A stretch of 64,000 nt of DNA from a virus, in the IMG/VR virus record IMGVR_UViG_3300042197_002762, positions 64,001-128,000 of that record; one strand, written 5' to 3'. The stretch's first letter is position 1; every line of letters begins with the position of its first letter. A model generated the notes under the pieces. The model searched no databases and was not told the DNA's origin. It worked only from the letters and a program-made list of their open reading frames with translations. Positions 48,233-58,047 of this stretch are shown here, in pieces. The translations under genes were made by a program, and so were the position numbers.

Positions 48233-49221
48233 GTGAATTAGTTAAACTTTCAGCTAGTAGAATCAAGACATTACAATCATGTTCTTGGATGTATTATTGT
48301 AATTATAATCTTCGATTACCGCAAAAAAATAACTCTGGTGCGATGCGCGGGACTGTGGCGCATTTAATCTTTGAGGTCTTGGCCAATCCTCGACACGAGC
48401 ATTACGTTAAAAAAATTGTAAAAAGCAAAACGTGCCTCAAACAGCCAGCTATTTTTAGATTAATTATAAAGGCTGCCAAGCGCGAAGGGTTAGACCTAGA
48501 CGAAATGGTTCCGCCTCTAAAGAAAAGCGGTCAAGAAATCACCAATCTTAAATGTATAGATGAAATGATTCTTGTCGGATTAAAATTTGATTTTATTGGA
48601 GACTCAAAACTAATTGGTTCAGAATGGGAATTTGATATCACAAGCGAACAGCCAAAATATCGGATTGGAGGTTTTGTTGACCGTATTTTTAAAGATAAAA
48701 AACAAATGATCATTCGTGATTTTAAATCAAGCAAGAAAGCTTTTAAAGGCGACGAGCTTGAAAGTAATTTACAAGGAATGATGTATTCATTAGCTGTTAG
48801 AAAGAAATACGAAAAACAAAAAGATGTTCTAGTTAAATTTTTGTTTCTACGTTATCCAGATGACCCAGAAAGAGAATGTCCACATTTTAGCGAAGAAGAA
48901 CTTCGAGGTTTTGAACATTACCTTGAATATATTAGTGAATATCTTAAAAACTTTGACGAGAAAAAAGCTCGTTCTAATTTTGCGGCACATGAATTTAGTA
49001 AGAAATGGATGTGTCAAACAAAGTCTGGTTGGCGTTGTCCTTATCTAAACCAAATAGAATATAAAGTTCTTTTAGATAACAACGGAAAGATTATTAAATC
49101 AATTTTTGCGAATGAAGAATTTAAAGAGAGTGATTTAAAACCAGAGTATCGAATTGAGGTAAGAAAATACGATGGATGCCCAGCTTGGAAACAAAGTAGT
49201 AATAATGATTTTGACTTTTAG
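48229..49221 (+). CDS. PD-(D/E)xK (RecB/Cas4-like) exonuclease
   Basis: LSASRI..C...Y, RGTVAHLIFE, GFVDRI, IRDFKSS, LQGMMY; C-terminal Cys; ORF track start 48199. Confidence 0.85.
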   Translation: MSELVKLSASRIKTLQSCSWMYYCNYNLRLPQKNNSGAMRGTVAHLIFEVLANPRHEHYVKKIVKSKTCLKQPAIFRLIIKAAKREGLDLDEMVPPLKKSGQEITNLKCIDEMILVGLKFDFIGDSKLIGSEWEFDITSEQPKYRIGGFVDRIFKDKKQMIIRDFKSSKKAFKGDELESNLQGMMYSLAVRKKYEKQKDVLVKFLFLRYPDDPERECPHFSEEELRGFEHYLEYISEYLKNFDEKKARSNFAAHEFSKKWMCQTKSGWRCPYLNQIEYKVLLDNNGKIIKSIFANEEFKESDLKPEYRIEVRKYDGCPAWKQSSNNDFDF

Positions 49222-49239
49222 AAAAAGTTTTGATAAGAT
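49211..49239 (+). promoter_or_regulatory. sigma-70-type promoter
   Basis: TTGACT-N17-TAAGAT, ATG 49248 8 nt downstream. Confidence 0.65.
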
Positions 49240-49247
49240 TCGACTTG

Positions 49248-50000
49248 ATGCTACCTATTTTTAGATCAAATTATTCTTTGACTTCTGTTTTAACGCTAGA
49301 CGCTGCGACAGAAAAAGAAAATCGTTCTCAAAATCGTCCAGATTCAATCTTTGATATTTGCAATGATTACGAATTATCTGATGTATTTATTGTTGAGAAT
49401 ACTCTAACTGGGTTGGTGGAAGCATATGAAAACGCTAAGAAAGCAAAACTTAATTTACGATTTGGTTATAGGGTTAGTGTTTGTAGAGATATCACTGATA
49501 AAACACCTGAATCAGAATTAACCGAAAGCAAATTTATTATCTTTGCCACAAAAGGTTCTTTTACAGATTTAATTAAATTGCATAATATTTCTTCAACTGA
49601 TGGAATTTATAATGGTCGCCCAAGACTTGATTTTAAAACTCTTAAAGAAAATTGGAGCAAGAATCTTGCTTTAGTAATCCCATTTTATGATTCATATGTT
49701 TATTATAATCTTTTGTATGGTCGTCAATGCGTTCCAGAATTAGATTTTACAGATCCGGTTTATCTTACAGAAGATAACGGCTTGCCATTTGATGGGCTTT
49801 TGATTAATCATATCAAAGAAACAATTAAAGATCATGAGATTATACCATCAAAAACTATTTATTATCGTGAACGAAAAGATTTTAAATCATATATGACCTA
49901 TCGTTGTATTCTTAATAGAACTACATTTCAGAAGCCAGAGTTGAGACATTTTGGTAGTCAGGAATTTTGTATGGAGGCATGGAAAGAAAATGCAAAGTAA
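49248..50000 (+). CDS. stand-alone PHP domain of DNA polymerase III alpha (probably non-catalytic)
   Basis: RSNYSL..., VENTLTGLVEAY..AKK..LNLRFG, LIKLHNIS..DG..GRPRLD; canonical His ligands absent; ORF track start 49230. Confidence 0.78.
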   Translation: MLPIFRSNYSLTSVLTLDAATEKENRSQNRPDSIFDICNDYELSDVFIVENTLTGLVEAYENAKKAKLNLRFGYRVSVCRDITDKTPESELTESKFIIFATKGSFTDLIKLHNISSTDGIYNGRPRLDFKTLKENWSKNLALVIPFYDSYVYYNLLYGRQCVPELDFTDPVYLTEDNGLPFDGLLINHIKETIKDHEIIPSKTIYYRERKDFKSYMTYRCILNRTTFQKPELRHFGSQEFCMEAWKENAK

Positions 50001-50622
50001 TCTTTTACGTTTTAATAAAAAGCAAAAATATATTGTTTTCGATACGGAAACAGAATCGTTAGCACTTGCTTTAGCTAGACCCTGGCAACTTTCTTGGTTG
50101 GTATATGAAGATCATAAAATTGTTAAAAATGAAGATCATATGCTTTATTGGAAAGACTTGAACGTATCTGCTGACGCTGCTAGGATTACTAGGTTTGATT
50201 ATAATAACTGGAAAGAGAAATCTGAAGATCCAAAAGAAGTTCTAGATCTTTTTGAAAGTTATCTTTATAACCCAGAATATCTAATTGTTGGCGCGAATCT
50301 TTTTGGTTATGATGTTTATGTTATCAATACATTGCGCCGACTTTTGGGAATGAAATCAGATTTTTCTTATCTTGATCGTGTTTTAGATATACAATGTATT
50401 CAAAAAGGTATATATATGGGATTAAAGACCATTCCAGAAAACAGAACAGCTTGGCAGTATCAAATGTATCATTATGTTAAAAAAGGTGTGAAGACTTCTG
50501 TAAAACATTTGTGTGGGCTTTATGATATTCCGTATGATGAAAGTATGGCTCACGATGCTAAATACGATAATATTTTGTGTATTCAAATTTTTCAGAAACA
50601 AATAATGACTATTGATATATGA
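49990..50622 (+). CDS. dnaQ: DEDDh 3'-5' exonuclease (DnaQ/epsilon-like)
   Basis: VFDTETE, GANLFGYDV, AHDAKYD; ORF track start 49951. Confidence 0.85.
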   Translation: MQSNLLRFNKKQKYIVFDTETESLALALARPWQLSWLVYEDHKIVKNEDHMLYWKDLNVSADAARITRFDYNNWKEKSEDPKEVLDLFESYLYNPEYLIVGANLFGYDVYVINTLRRLLGMKSDFSYLDRVLDIQCIQKGIYMGLKTIPENRTAWQYQMYHYVKKGVKTSVKHLCGLYDIPYDESMAHDAKYDNILCIQIFQKQIMTIDI

Positions 50623-53153
50623 AATTTTTAGAACAATTTAAAAACATTGAAATGAAGAATGTCAACCTTGTAAGGTTGCCCAATATTTCTTTCACAAAAG
50701 AAGAAAAAGGTATCTTGGCCGAGAAAGCTGAAAATAACGAGCAGTTTCTTCAACAGCTTGTAAACGAAGGCTGGAAAAAGTTTCGTGATAAGATTCCAGA
50801 AAAGAAAAAGCCAGTTTATCTTGAGCGTATTAAAGAAGAATTTGAGATTGTAAAAGATCTTGGGTTTATTGATTACTACCTTCTTGTATGGCGTGTTATT
50901 AACAAGGCGCGCCAGCTTGGGGCTTTTATTGACTGGGGTCGTGGTTCTGCGGCTGGTAGTTTGATATTCTATTTGATTGGAGTTACAGGTGTAGATCCAA
51001 TTGATAAGAATCTTTTCTTTACTCGTTTTATTTCTAAAACTCGCGCTAAGAAAGAAGTAATTGATGGGGTAACCTATATTCAAGGTGATCTAGCTCCAGA
51101 TGTTGATATTAATTTGGGTGGGGTTCGTGATCAAATTATTGAATGGCTAAAGAAGTGTTATCCGAACAAGGTTTGTAAAATTTCTTCAGTATCAACATTT
51201 TCTGGTAAGATTCTTGTAAAAGATGTTTACAAAATTGTTAATGAAGCCAGTGAAGAAGAAGCTAGCCATCTAGCAGATACAATTGGCAAACACTTCGGGG
51301 TAGTTGAAGACATTGAAGATTCTTATAAAAATAGCGAGAAGTTTCGTGATTGGGCTGATCGTTATCCCGAAACATATCAAATTGCATTGAAGTTGCGCGG
51401 TCTTATTCGCGGTAAATCGACACATGCTAGTGGATACTTTATTTCTTATTATCCTCTTGATAAATTTGTTCCTGTAGAAATTAATAAAGAAGGTGAGCTT
51501 GCAATTTCATATGAAATGAATACTGCGGCCAAGTTTGGAATTAAGCTTGACCTTCTTGGGCTTATTAGTAATGAGATTATCAAAAATGTATTTGAATTAA
51601 TTCCTGAAAAATTTGAAGATATTAACCTTGATGACAATGAGGAAGTTTATACTCATCTTCAACGCGATGATTTAATGCCTTATGGTCTTTATCAAATTAG
51701 TGCCGATTGCGCTTATCGTGTTTGTAAAAATATTCGACCAGCAAATATTGCACATTTGAGTGACGTAAATGCTATCGCTCGACCTGGAGCTTTAGCGTAT
51801 GAAAAAGATTATATTAATTTTACGGGAGAAGCCCCGCATGAAAAACTTGCCCCAGTATTTGCGGAAACACGTAACCTTCCACTTTATCAAGAGCAATTAA
51901 TTCAAGCTCTTGTTACAGTTGGTTTTACTCCAGATGAATCTGAATATATTCGACGGATTATTGGTAAAAAGAAACGTGATGAAATGCCAAAATGGAAAGA
52001 TAAAGTATTCGAAATTTGTGAACAAAATAAATTTGGTGAGCAAGTTGCAGAAGCTATATGGAAAGTCATGTTGGATTCTGCTGACTATTCATTTAATAAA
52101 TCACACTCATATTGTGTGGCATACCTTGGGGCATTGACAGTTTATCTTAAGTATAAATATCCGCTTCAATTCTTTACCGCTTGCTTGAATGCTATTCAGA
52201 AGCTTCCTGACCCAATGGATGAGATTAGACAGATAGAGCGAGAGCTACCGCATTTTAATATAAAATTGCTTCCGCCGCATTTGTTGAAATCAGACGTGGG
52301 ATTCACTGTAGAAGATGAAAATATTAGATATGGACTAAGCGCTATTAAAGGTGTCTCAGATAGTTCTATTGAAAAACTTGTTAAATTCCGTGGTGAATAT
52401 GACAATAAAATTGATTGTTTTATGGCCGCTAAACAAGCTGGTTTAAATATTGGAATTGTTTCTGCCTTAATTCAAGCTGGAGCTTTAGATGACCTTGGTT
52501 CATCAAGACCACATTTAGTATTGCAAGCACAAGCATTTAATCTTCTTACTGATAAAGAAAAGCGTTTAGTTAAAACTTTGCATGACGAAGGAGAAGTAAA
52601 AAATATTCTCAGTATTATCCAATTACTTGTTGATAAAAAACAAATCAAACAAACGCGATTTGAAACATTTAAGAAAAAGTACATGCCCTATCGACAGATA
52701 TTTGAATTGAATACTCGTAACGAAGCACTTACTAATTATTTTTATGAGAAAAATTGTTTGGGATTTAGCTATACACAAAATTTAACAGACATCTTTAAAC
52801 AGGGGAATGGTAATTTTATTACTATCAAAGACGCATTTGAAACTAAAGAAGATAATGATAGAGTCTTAATTATTGGCGAAATTGTTGAAACACCAAGACA
52901 ATCTAAATCTAGAAATGGTAATAAATTTTTCAAAGCTACCGTTGCAGACGATACGGGCAAAGTTTCCGTATTACTTTTTGATGGCCGCTTTGGGCTTTTT
53001 GAAGATTGCAAAGATAAAAATGGTGGAGCTTTTCCAGAAGAAGGAGATATTGTTATAGCTAATGGTCGCTTAAAAGGAACAGACGCTATTTTTGCAGATG
53101 ATATTGTAAAACAAGATTGTAAAATATACAAGAATATGCGAGATTTGAAGTAA
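50619..53153 (+). CDS. dnaE: DNA polymerase III alpha catalytic subunit lacking PHP
   Basis: GFIDYYL, GRGSAAGS, PDVDI, KLDLLG, LYQEQ, YSFNKSHSYC, IRYGLSAIKG, C-terminal OB fold. Confidence 0.93.
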   Translation: MKFLEQFKNIEMKNVNLVRLPNISFTKEEKGILAEKAENNEQFLQQLVNEGWKKFRDKIPEKKKPVYLERIKEEFEIVKDLGFIDYYLLVWRVINKARQLGAFIDWGRGSAAGSLIFYLIGVTGVDPIDKNLFFTRFISKTRAKKEVIDGVTYIQGDLAPDVDINLGGVRDQIIEWLKKCYPNKVCKISSVSTFSGKILVKDVYKIVNEASEEEASHLADTIGKHFGVVEDIEDSYKNSEKFRDWADRYPETYQIALKLRGLIRGKSTHASGYFISYYPLDKFVPVEINKEGELAISYEMNTAAKFGIKLDLLGLISNEIIKNVFELIPEKFEDINLDDNEEVYTHLQRDDLMPYGLYQISADCAYRVCKNIRPANIAHLSDVNAIARPGALAYEKDYINFTGEAPHEKLAPVFAETRNLPLYQEQLIQALVTVGFTPDESEYIRRIIGKKKRDEMPKWKDKVFEICEQNKFGEQVAEAIWKVMLDSADYSFNKSHSYCVAYLGALTVYLKYKYPLQFFTACLNAIQKLPDPMDEIRQIERELPHFNIKLLPPHLLKSDVGFTVEDENIRYGLSAIKGVSDSSIEKLVKFRGEYDNKIDCFMAAKQAGLNIGIVSALIQAGALDDLGSSRPHLVLQAQAFNLLTDKEKRLVKTLHDEGEVKNILSIIQLLVDKKQIKQTRFETFKKKYMPYRQIFELNTRNEALTNYFYEKNCLGFSYTQNLTDIFKQGNGNFITIKDAFETKEDNDRVLIIGEIVETPRQSKSRNGNKFFKATVADDTGKVSVLLFDGRFGLFEDCKDKNGGAFPEEGDIVIANGRLKGTDAIFADDIVKQDCKIYKNMRDLK

Positions 53154-53169
53154 ATTATCAAATTCTTAG

Positions 53170-53175
53170 GTGTAA
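53170..53175 (+). promoter_or_regulatory. GTGTAA putative late-promoter motif
   Basis: Intergenic, 10 nt before ATG 53186. Confidence 0.5.
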
Positions 53176-53185
53176 ATTATATATT

Positions 53186-54067
53186 ATGCCAATTCCAAAT
53201 CCAAAAAAGTCAGAAAAACAAGGTGATTTTGTTTCGCGTTGTATGGGAGATGAGACAATGAATAAAGAGTTTCCTGATCAAAAACAACGTGCCGCTGTTT
53301 GTTATTCTCAATTTAAAAAAGCGAATGCTACGCTTGATGCTTCTGAAAGTTTGGAAGAATATAAAAATGATTTTTATGAAATGTCTGTTGGTTCTATCAA
53401 TTCAATTAAAAAACATGCAGAAAATATTTTAGAATCTTTAAATGATCCAATGGTTAAAGATAACTTAACTGAATCTTGGTTACAGGGTAAAATTGCGATT
53501 ACAGAAGATTACATGCTTACTATTCATAATTATGTGATGTTTGTGCAAGAAAACGATGATGAAACAGAAGAGTCCGAAGTAGATGCAGCAGCAGAAGACC
53601 TTACTGTTGATAATCTTTATATTCCAGGGCCTAATGAATATGTAACAGCAGAAGAAGTTGCTTTTGATGAAGCGGATATTCTTGAATACGATATTGCTAA
53701 AGCAAGACCTGGGCTATGGGAAAATATTAGACGTAAAAAACAAAGAGAGGGTAAAAATTATAAACCAGCAAAACCTGGAGACAAAGATCGTCCATCAAAA
53801 GAAGCTTGGAAAAAAGCGCAGGGTTCGGAATATCAAGGTAGAAAAGTAACTCTTAATAAACCCTTTAGAACCCCAGGCGGTCCTAAAAAATTTGCTGTAT
53901 ATGTTAAGAATCAAAGTGGCAATGTTGTTATTGTAAGATTCGGTGATCCGAATATGAAAATAAAGAAAAACATTCCTTCTCGTAGGAAAAGTTTTCGCGC
54001 CCGACACAATTGCTCAAATCCTGGTCCAAAATGGAAAGCCAGATATTGGGCATGCAAAAGTTGGTAA
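53186..54067 (+). CDS. modular conserved phage protein of unknown function
   Basis: MPIPNP..DFVSRCM..QRAAVC; ESWLQGKI..EDY; PGLWENIRRK; EYQGRKVTLNKP..KFAVYVK..VRFGDP..SFRARHNC..ARYWAC. Confidence 0.6.
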   Translation: MPIPNPKKSEKQGDFVSRCMGDETMNKEFPDQKQRAAVCYSQFKKANATLDASESLEEYKNDFYEMSVGSINSIKKHAENILESLNDPMVKDNLTESWLQGKIAITEDYMLTIHNYVMFVQENDDETEESEVDAAAEDLTVDNLYIPGPNEYVTAEEVAFDEADILEYDIAKARPGLWENIRRKKQREGKNYKPAKPGDKDRPSKEAWKKAQGSEYQGRKVTLNKPFRTPGGPKKFAVYVKNQSGNVVIVRFGDPNMKIKKNIPSRRKSFRARHNCSNPGPKWKARYWACKSW

Positions 54068-54073
54068 ATCTTA

Positions 54074-54102
54074 TTGACTCATAAATAAAAAAGTTCTATC
54101 AT
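54074..54102 (+). promoter_or_regulatory. sigma-70-type promoter
   Basis: TTGACT-N17-TATCAT, ATG 9 nt downstream. Confidence 0.7.
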
Positions 54103-54111
54103 ATTGATTAT

Positions 54112-54399
54112 ATGATAGTAACATGGACAGTCGAAGGCGTTGATTGGGCAAAAAAAATCAAAGCTCATATTGATACAGACCCTTCTGAGATTGCCACTCG
54201 TGGTGTCGAAATGGCTTTAGAATCATTAAAAACAGAAGAAGATTCTATTCAATTTGGCGCAATCTTAAGAGTCTTTCATAATAAAATGGAAGATGAAGGA
54301 GAACATTGGATTATGTATGCTCCTAAAATTTTAGCCAATGCTGGTTATTATAAAGATGCAGAAGAGCTTCGAGAAGCTGCGGAAAAAGAATATTTGTGA
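54112..54399 (+). CDS. hypothetical protein
   Basis: 95 aa with own promoter; GTGA overlap with next gene. Confidence 0.7.
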   Translation: MIVTWTVEGVDWAKKIKAHIDTDPSEIATRGVEMALESLKTEEDSIQFGAILRVFHNKMEDEGEHWIMYAPKILANAGYYKDAEELREAAEKEYL

Positions 54400-55634
54400 A
54401 TCAAAATCTAACATATCAAGAATATAGAAATATTTTAGAGTCTCTTCTTGAGCATCATGGAATATTTTATCAATTTTGGCGTTTGATAAAACCAGTCTAT
54501 AGCGCATCTGTTCCAACTGCCTGTGTGGGATTTAATAAAGAAGGTAATTGTATTGAATTTTTAATTAATAAAAAATTTTGGGATAAACAAAGCGACCACA
54601 ATAAAAAGTTTATTATTGCACATGAATGTTTACATGTGATTAATTCTCATGGAAAACGTGCTGGAAAAAAAATGTCTAATCTTGCAAATCAAGCAATGGA
54701 CATTGTTGTTAACGAAAGTCTTGTCAAATATTTTAAATTTGATCGTAAAGAAATAGATCCTAAAACAGAATATTATTGGATGAATAATTCATTTGATAAT
54801 GATCCCAATATTCTACCTTGGAATAATTTTGAATATTATTATAACCGTCTTTTAAAAGACGCGAAATTTGTAAAGAATAAACAACTTATTAATGACCATA
54901 GCGGTCTTGGGGATTTTCCTGAACAATCTGTTCAAGAAATAATTAATAATCTTTCCGAAGAAGATGCGGAAAGTCTCAAAAATATTTCTGAAGATGCCGA
55001 AAAAAATGCGCGTAAAAATGATGATAAAAATATTGGTAACGTGCGTGGCGGACTAGTTCAGAAAATTGAAAATAAACCAGTTCAATATAAAAAGAAATGG
55101 GAAAATATTATTCGACGTTTTGAAAAAAAAATGTCAAAAGATGAGGGGTTAGAGTCTCATTGGATAATGAAAGATCGTCGTCTTTATAATTTAAATTTTA
55201 ATATCTTTTTGCCTTCTGACATAGAACAGACTTTAAGAAAAACAGAAAGTGAAAAAGTATCAACTTGGTTTTTTATGGACACAAGTGGTTCATGTTGGGG
55301 ATTAGCCCCACGTTTTTTTCAAGCTGCAAAAAGTCTTGATCCAGAAAAATTTGATGTTAAATATTTTGCTTTTGATACAGAAGTTTATGAAGTAGACTTA
55401 AAAAAACAAAAACTTGATGGAGGCGGTGGTACAAGTTTTCGTTGTATTACAGATTATATTTATAATAATAAAAAAGTTAAACCTTTTGTATGGGTTCTTA
55501 CTGATGGCTGGGGATATGGAGCCAAAATTCCCGAAGATCAAAGAAAAAAATGGAACTGGTTTTTGACAAATGATGGAACGACAGCTTATATCCCACAGGG
55601 CTGCAAGATTCATGAATTAAAAAATTTTGAATAA
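54396..55634 (+). CDS. HExxH putative metallopeptidase plus VWA domain protein (DUF2201-like)
   Basis: AHECLHV; NQAMDIVVN; MIDAS-like MDTSGS, GGGTSF, LTDG. Confidence 0.85.
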   Translation: MNQNLTYQEYRNILESLLEHHGIFYQFWRLIKPVYSASVPTACVGFNKEGNCIEFLINKKFWDKQSDHNKKFIIAHECLHVINSHGKRAGKKMSNLANQAMDIVVNESLVKYFKFDRKEIDPKTEYYWMNNSFDNDPNILPWNNFEYYYNRLLKDAKFVKNKQLINDHSGLGDFPEQSVQEIINNLSEEDAESLKNISEDAEKNARKNDDKNIGNVRGGLVQKIENKPVQYKKKWENIIRRFEKKMSKDEGLESHWIMKDRRLYNLNFNIFLPSDIEQTLRKTESEKVSTWFFMDTSGSCWGLAPRFFQAAKSLDPEKFDVKYFAFDTEVYEVDLKKQKLDGGGGTSFRCITDYIYNNKKVKPFVWVLTDGWGYGAKIPEDQRKKWNWFLTNDGTTAYIPQGCKIHELKNFE

Positions 55635-55655
55635 TTAAACAACAATATATAATAT
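55627..55655 (+). promoter_or_regulatory. sigma-70-type promoter, leaderless
   Basis: TTGAAT-N17-TAATAT, ATG 5 nt downstream; region is very AT-rich. Confidence 0.5.
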
Positions 55656-55660
55656 ATAAT

Positions 55661-56098
55661 ATGAATATTCCTAAAGAAAAAGAAGCTTATTTTCAAAAAA
55701 TCGCTCTTAATCTGATTAGAGTCTCCGATGACTTTAAATCAATTTTACAGTCTGAATTTCCTAATATTTATGCAGATATTCAGAGTGCGGCTACAAATCC
55801 AAATTGTGGATGTGTAAACAAAGTCGAAGCAGAACTTTTAAACAATAAAGATAAATCTTTAAATTTGTTAAATAACTTCTTATCGAATAAAGATAATCTT
55901 GAAAAAATTAATGAAGTATTAAGTGTGGATTATGCGGCCTTATCTCCAAAGCCATATTCTGGAAGGATGTTTGTCATTGAAAATACTGAAGAAAAATTTA
56001 AAGAATTCATGGATAGTATAAATAAAGATCGTGCTGTTTTTAGAAATTTTTCTACAGCGATATCTCCAGAAGGTAAATTACATGTTTACTTTTTATAA
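55661..56098 (+). CDS. hypothetical protein (NPNCGC motif)
   Basis: 145 aa ORF. Confidence 0.65.
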   Translation: MNIPKEKEAYFQKIALNLIRVSDDFKSILQSEFPNIYADIQSAATNPNCGCVNKVEAELLNNKDKSLNLLNNFLSNKDNLEKINEVLSVDYAALSPKPYSGRMFVIENTEEKFKEFMDSINKDRAVFRNFSTAISPEGKLHVYFL

Positions 56099-56104
56099 AA
56101 AAAT

Positions 56105-56398
56105 ATGCATTTATTTGATTTATTATATTATATTTGTATAAGTCTAAGTTTCTCCTATATGTGGAGTTTTGCAGATATTTTTGCTCCAGTTCGAAACTTT
56201 GTTGCTAAAATTCCATACGTAAGAAGACCACTATTATGTCCAGAATGCAGTAGTTTTTGGGTAGGTCTATTTGTGTCATTTTTATATAATCCTATTGTTT
56301 TAGATTTAAATTTATTTATTTTAACAAATATTTGTTGTGGGTTAGTCACCCATTTATTTGCCTGTATTTTGTACAAGTCTGTACATAAATTCTTATAA
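56105..56398 (+). CDS. membrane protein with CxxC (DUF1360-like)
   Basis: PLLCPECSSFWVG; hydrophobic helices. Confidence 0.65.
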   Translation: MHLFDLLYYICISLSFSYMWSFADIFAPVRNFVAKIPYVRRPLLCPECSSFWVGLFVSFLYNPIVLDLNLFILTNICCGLVTHLFACILYKSVHKFL

Positions 56399-56407
56399 AA
56401 AAGTTTC

Positions 56408-56436
56408 TTGCTTTATTTATAAAATAGTCATACCAT
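56408..56436 (+). promoter_or_regulatory. sigma-70-type promoter, leaderless
   Basis: TTGCTT-N17-TACCAT, ATG 6 nt downstream. Confidence 0.65.
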
Positions 56437-56442
56437 TAATGC

Positions 56443-57474
56443 ATGGCTCAAGATATTAATACAATTAAAAATAAATTAGACCAATATTTTAAAATTGGTA
56501 AAAATGTATTACTTGAGGGGCGTCATGGAACAGGTAAAACAAGTCTTGTTACAGAAATATTTGACAAAAATTGTAAAAATTGGCTTTATTTTTCTGGATC
56601 GACTCTTGATCCATGGGTAGATTTTGTTGGAGTCCCTAAAGAAATTAAAAAAGGTAATGATTATGTTCTTTCATTTGTTCTTCCAGAAAAAATGGCAGAT
56701 GATAAAGTAGAAGCTATTTTTATTGATGAATATAATCGTAGCCATAAAAAAATTCGCAATGCTACAATGGAACTTGTACAGTTTAAAAGTATCAATGGAC
56801 GTAAGTTTCCAAATCTAAAAGTAGTCTGGGCGGCTATTAATCCAAGTGATGATGAAGAAGAGTATGATGTGGAAGAATTAGACGGTGCCCAAACTGATCG
56901 TTTCCAGATTAGAATTAAAGTTCCGTTCATTCCTGACATCGAGTATTTCCAAAATAAATTTGGAAATGATTGGGCTAAATCTGCTCTAGAATGGTGGAAT
57001 GGTATGCCCGATAAAGCTAAGAAGTTAGTATCCCCTCGTAGACTTGATTACGCTCTTGAAATTCATAAAGAAGGTGGAGATGTCTTCGATGTATTACCGA
57101 TAGAAACAAACCCTACTAAATTAATTGCTACGCTTAAACTTGGTAGTCTTGAAGATAAAATTAAAAGCCTTTTTAAACTAAAAGATGCAAAGAAAGCTCA
57201 AAAGTTTTTTGAAGACGAAAATAACTTTCAAGCGGCACTACCGATTATTAAAAGAAAAGCTGATTATATGAAGTTCTTTCTACCCACGATTGATAATGAG
57301 CGTATTACTTCATTGTTTTTTAGTGATGATCATTTTAAAACATTTATTCTTGATCATGCGCCATATTTTAAACCTGCATTAGAAGAAATTTCTAAATTAA
57401 AGTCGGTTAATAAAGATGACATCCGAATGATTAATCATGCACTTAAACAAGTTGGAAATATAACTTATTTTTAA
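56443..57474 (+). CDS. MoxR/AAA_5-type AAA+ ATPase
   Basis: LLEGRHGTGKT, IFIDEYNR, WAAINP, LDGAQTDRF. Confidence 0.88.
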   Translation: MAQDINTIKNKLDQYFKIGKNVLLEGRHGTGKTSLVTEIFDKNCKNWLYFSGSTLDPWVDFVGVPKEIKKGNDYVLSFVLPEKMADDKVEAIFIDEYNRSHKKIRNATMELVQFKSINGRKFPNLKVVWAAINPSDDEEEYDVEELDGAQTDRFQIRIKVPFIPDIEYFQNKFGNDWAKSALEWWNGMPDKAKKLVSPRRLDYALEIHKEGGDVFDVLPIETNPTKLIATLKLGSLEDKIKSLFKLKDAKKAQKFFEDENNFQAALPIIKRKADYMKFFLPTIDNERITSLFFSDDHFKTFILDHAPYFKPALEEISKLKSVNKDDIRMINHALKQVGNITYF

Positions 57475-57476
57475 TA

Positions 57477-58043
57477 TCAAAAACAACCGCATTCAGAAGG
57501 TTCTCCACAAGTACATTGTATACGCCCACTATATATATCAGTAGTTATTTCTTTTACGTAATAGACTCTTCTATTTCTCTCTACCGTAATAGGGCCAACA
57601 AGTTCTCTTATATATGGAGGAGCCCCAGCAGTTCCTGGATATAATGGGTTACGCCTTGCCCCATACCAATAAAAATCAACACTTAAAGTGTCAATATGAG
57701 AAAAAGTCTCTTCTCTTTCGATTTTTGGTCCACTAGCATGGCTAACGTTAGTAGCCGCAGATACACATGCATATGGTTCTGAATAACTAATATTACAATC
57801 TGGAGATAATGATTGAGTTTGTTCTTTATCCCAATCGGGAGGGTTTACATAAGCATCCGCTGTTTCAAAACTTTCGTACTCCGGCCAAACATTAACTGGA
57901 TCTGGTGGCCAAAAAGTATATATTGGGCGATAGATTATTTCTATTGGATCGCAAGTCACTGTTTCCGCCCAGGCAAAGGCAATAATGCAATTATTACATT
58001 CTTCTTCGCTACTTTGCTGTTTAACTGTATTTGTAGTTCCCAT
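57477..58043 (-). CDS. hypothetical Cys/Pro-rich protein
   Basis: 188 aa, CNNC and terminal CTCGEPSECGCF. Confidence 0.6.
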   Translation of the reverse strand: MGTTNTVKQQSSEEECNNCIIAFAWAETVTCDPIEIIYRPIYTFWPPDPVNVWPEYESFETADAYVNPPDWDKEQTQSLSPDCNISYSEPYACVSAATNVSHASGPKIEREETFSHIDTLSVDFYWYGARRNPLYPGTAGAPPYIRELVGPITVERNRRVYYVKEITTDIYSGRIQCTCGEPSECGCF

Positions 58044-58047
58044 AATA

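Noticed and set aside
48229-49221. Cas4 as part of a CRISPR system
   Set aside because: Sits in the replication operon with no cas1/cas2 or array; ordinary phage PD-(D/E)xK exonuclease
34882-53153. Inteins or introns in nrdJ, recA, dnaB, dnaE
   Set aside because: Motifs are colinear at ordinary spacing; no C/S...HN intein ends or homing-endonuclease motifs were seen
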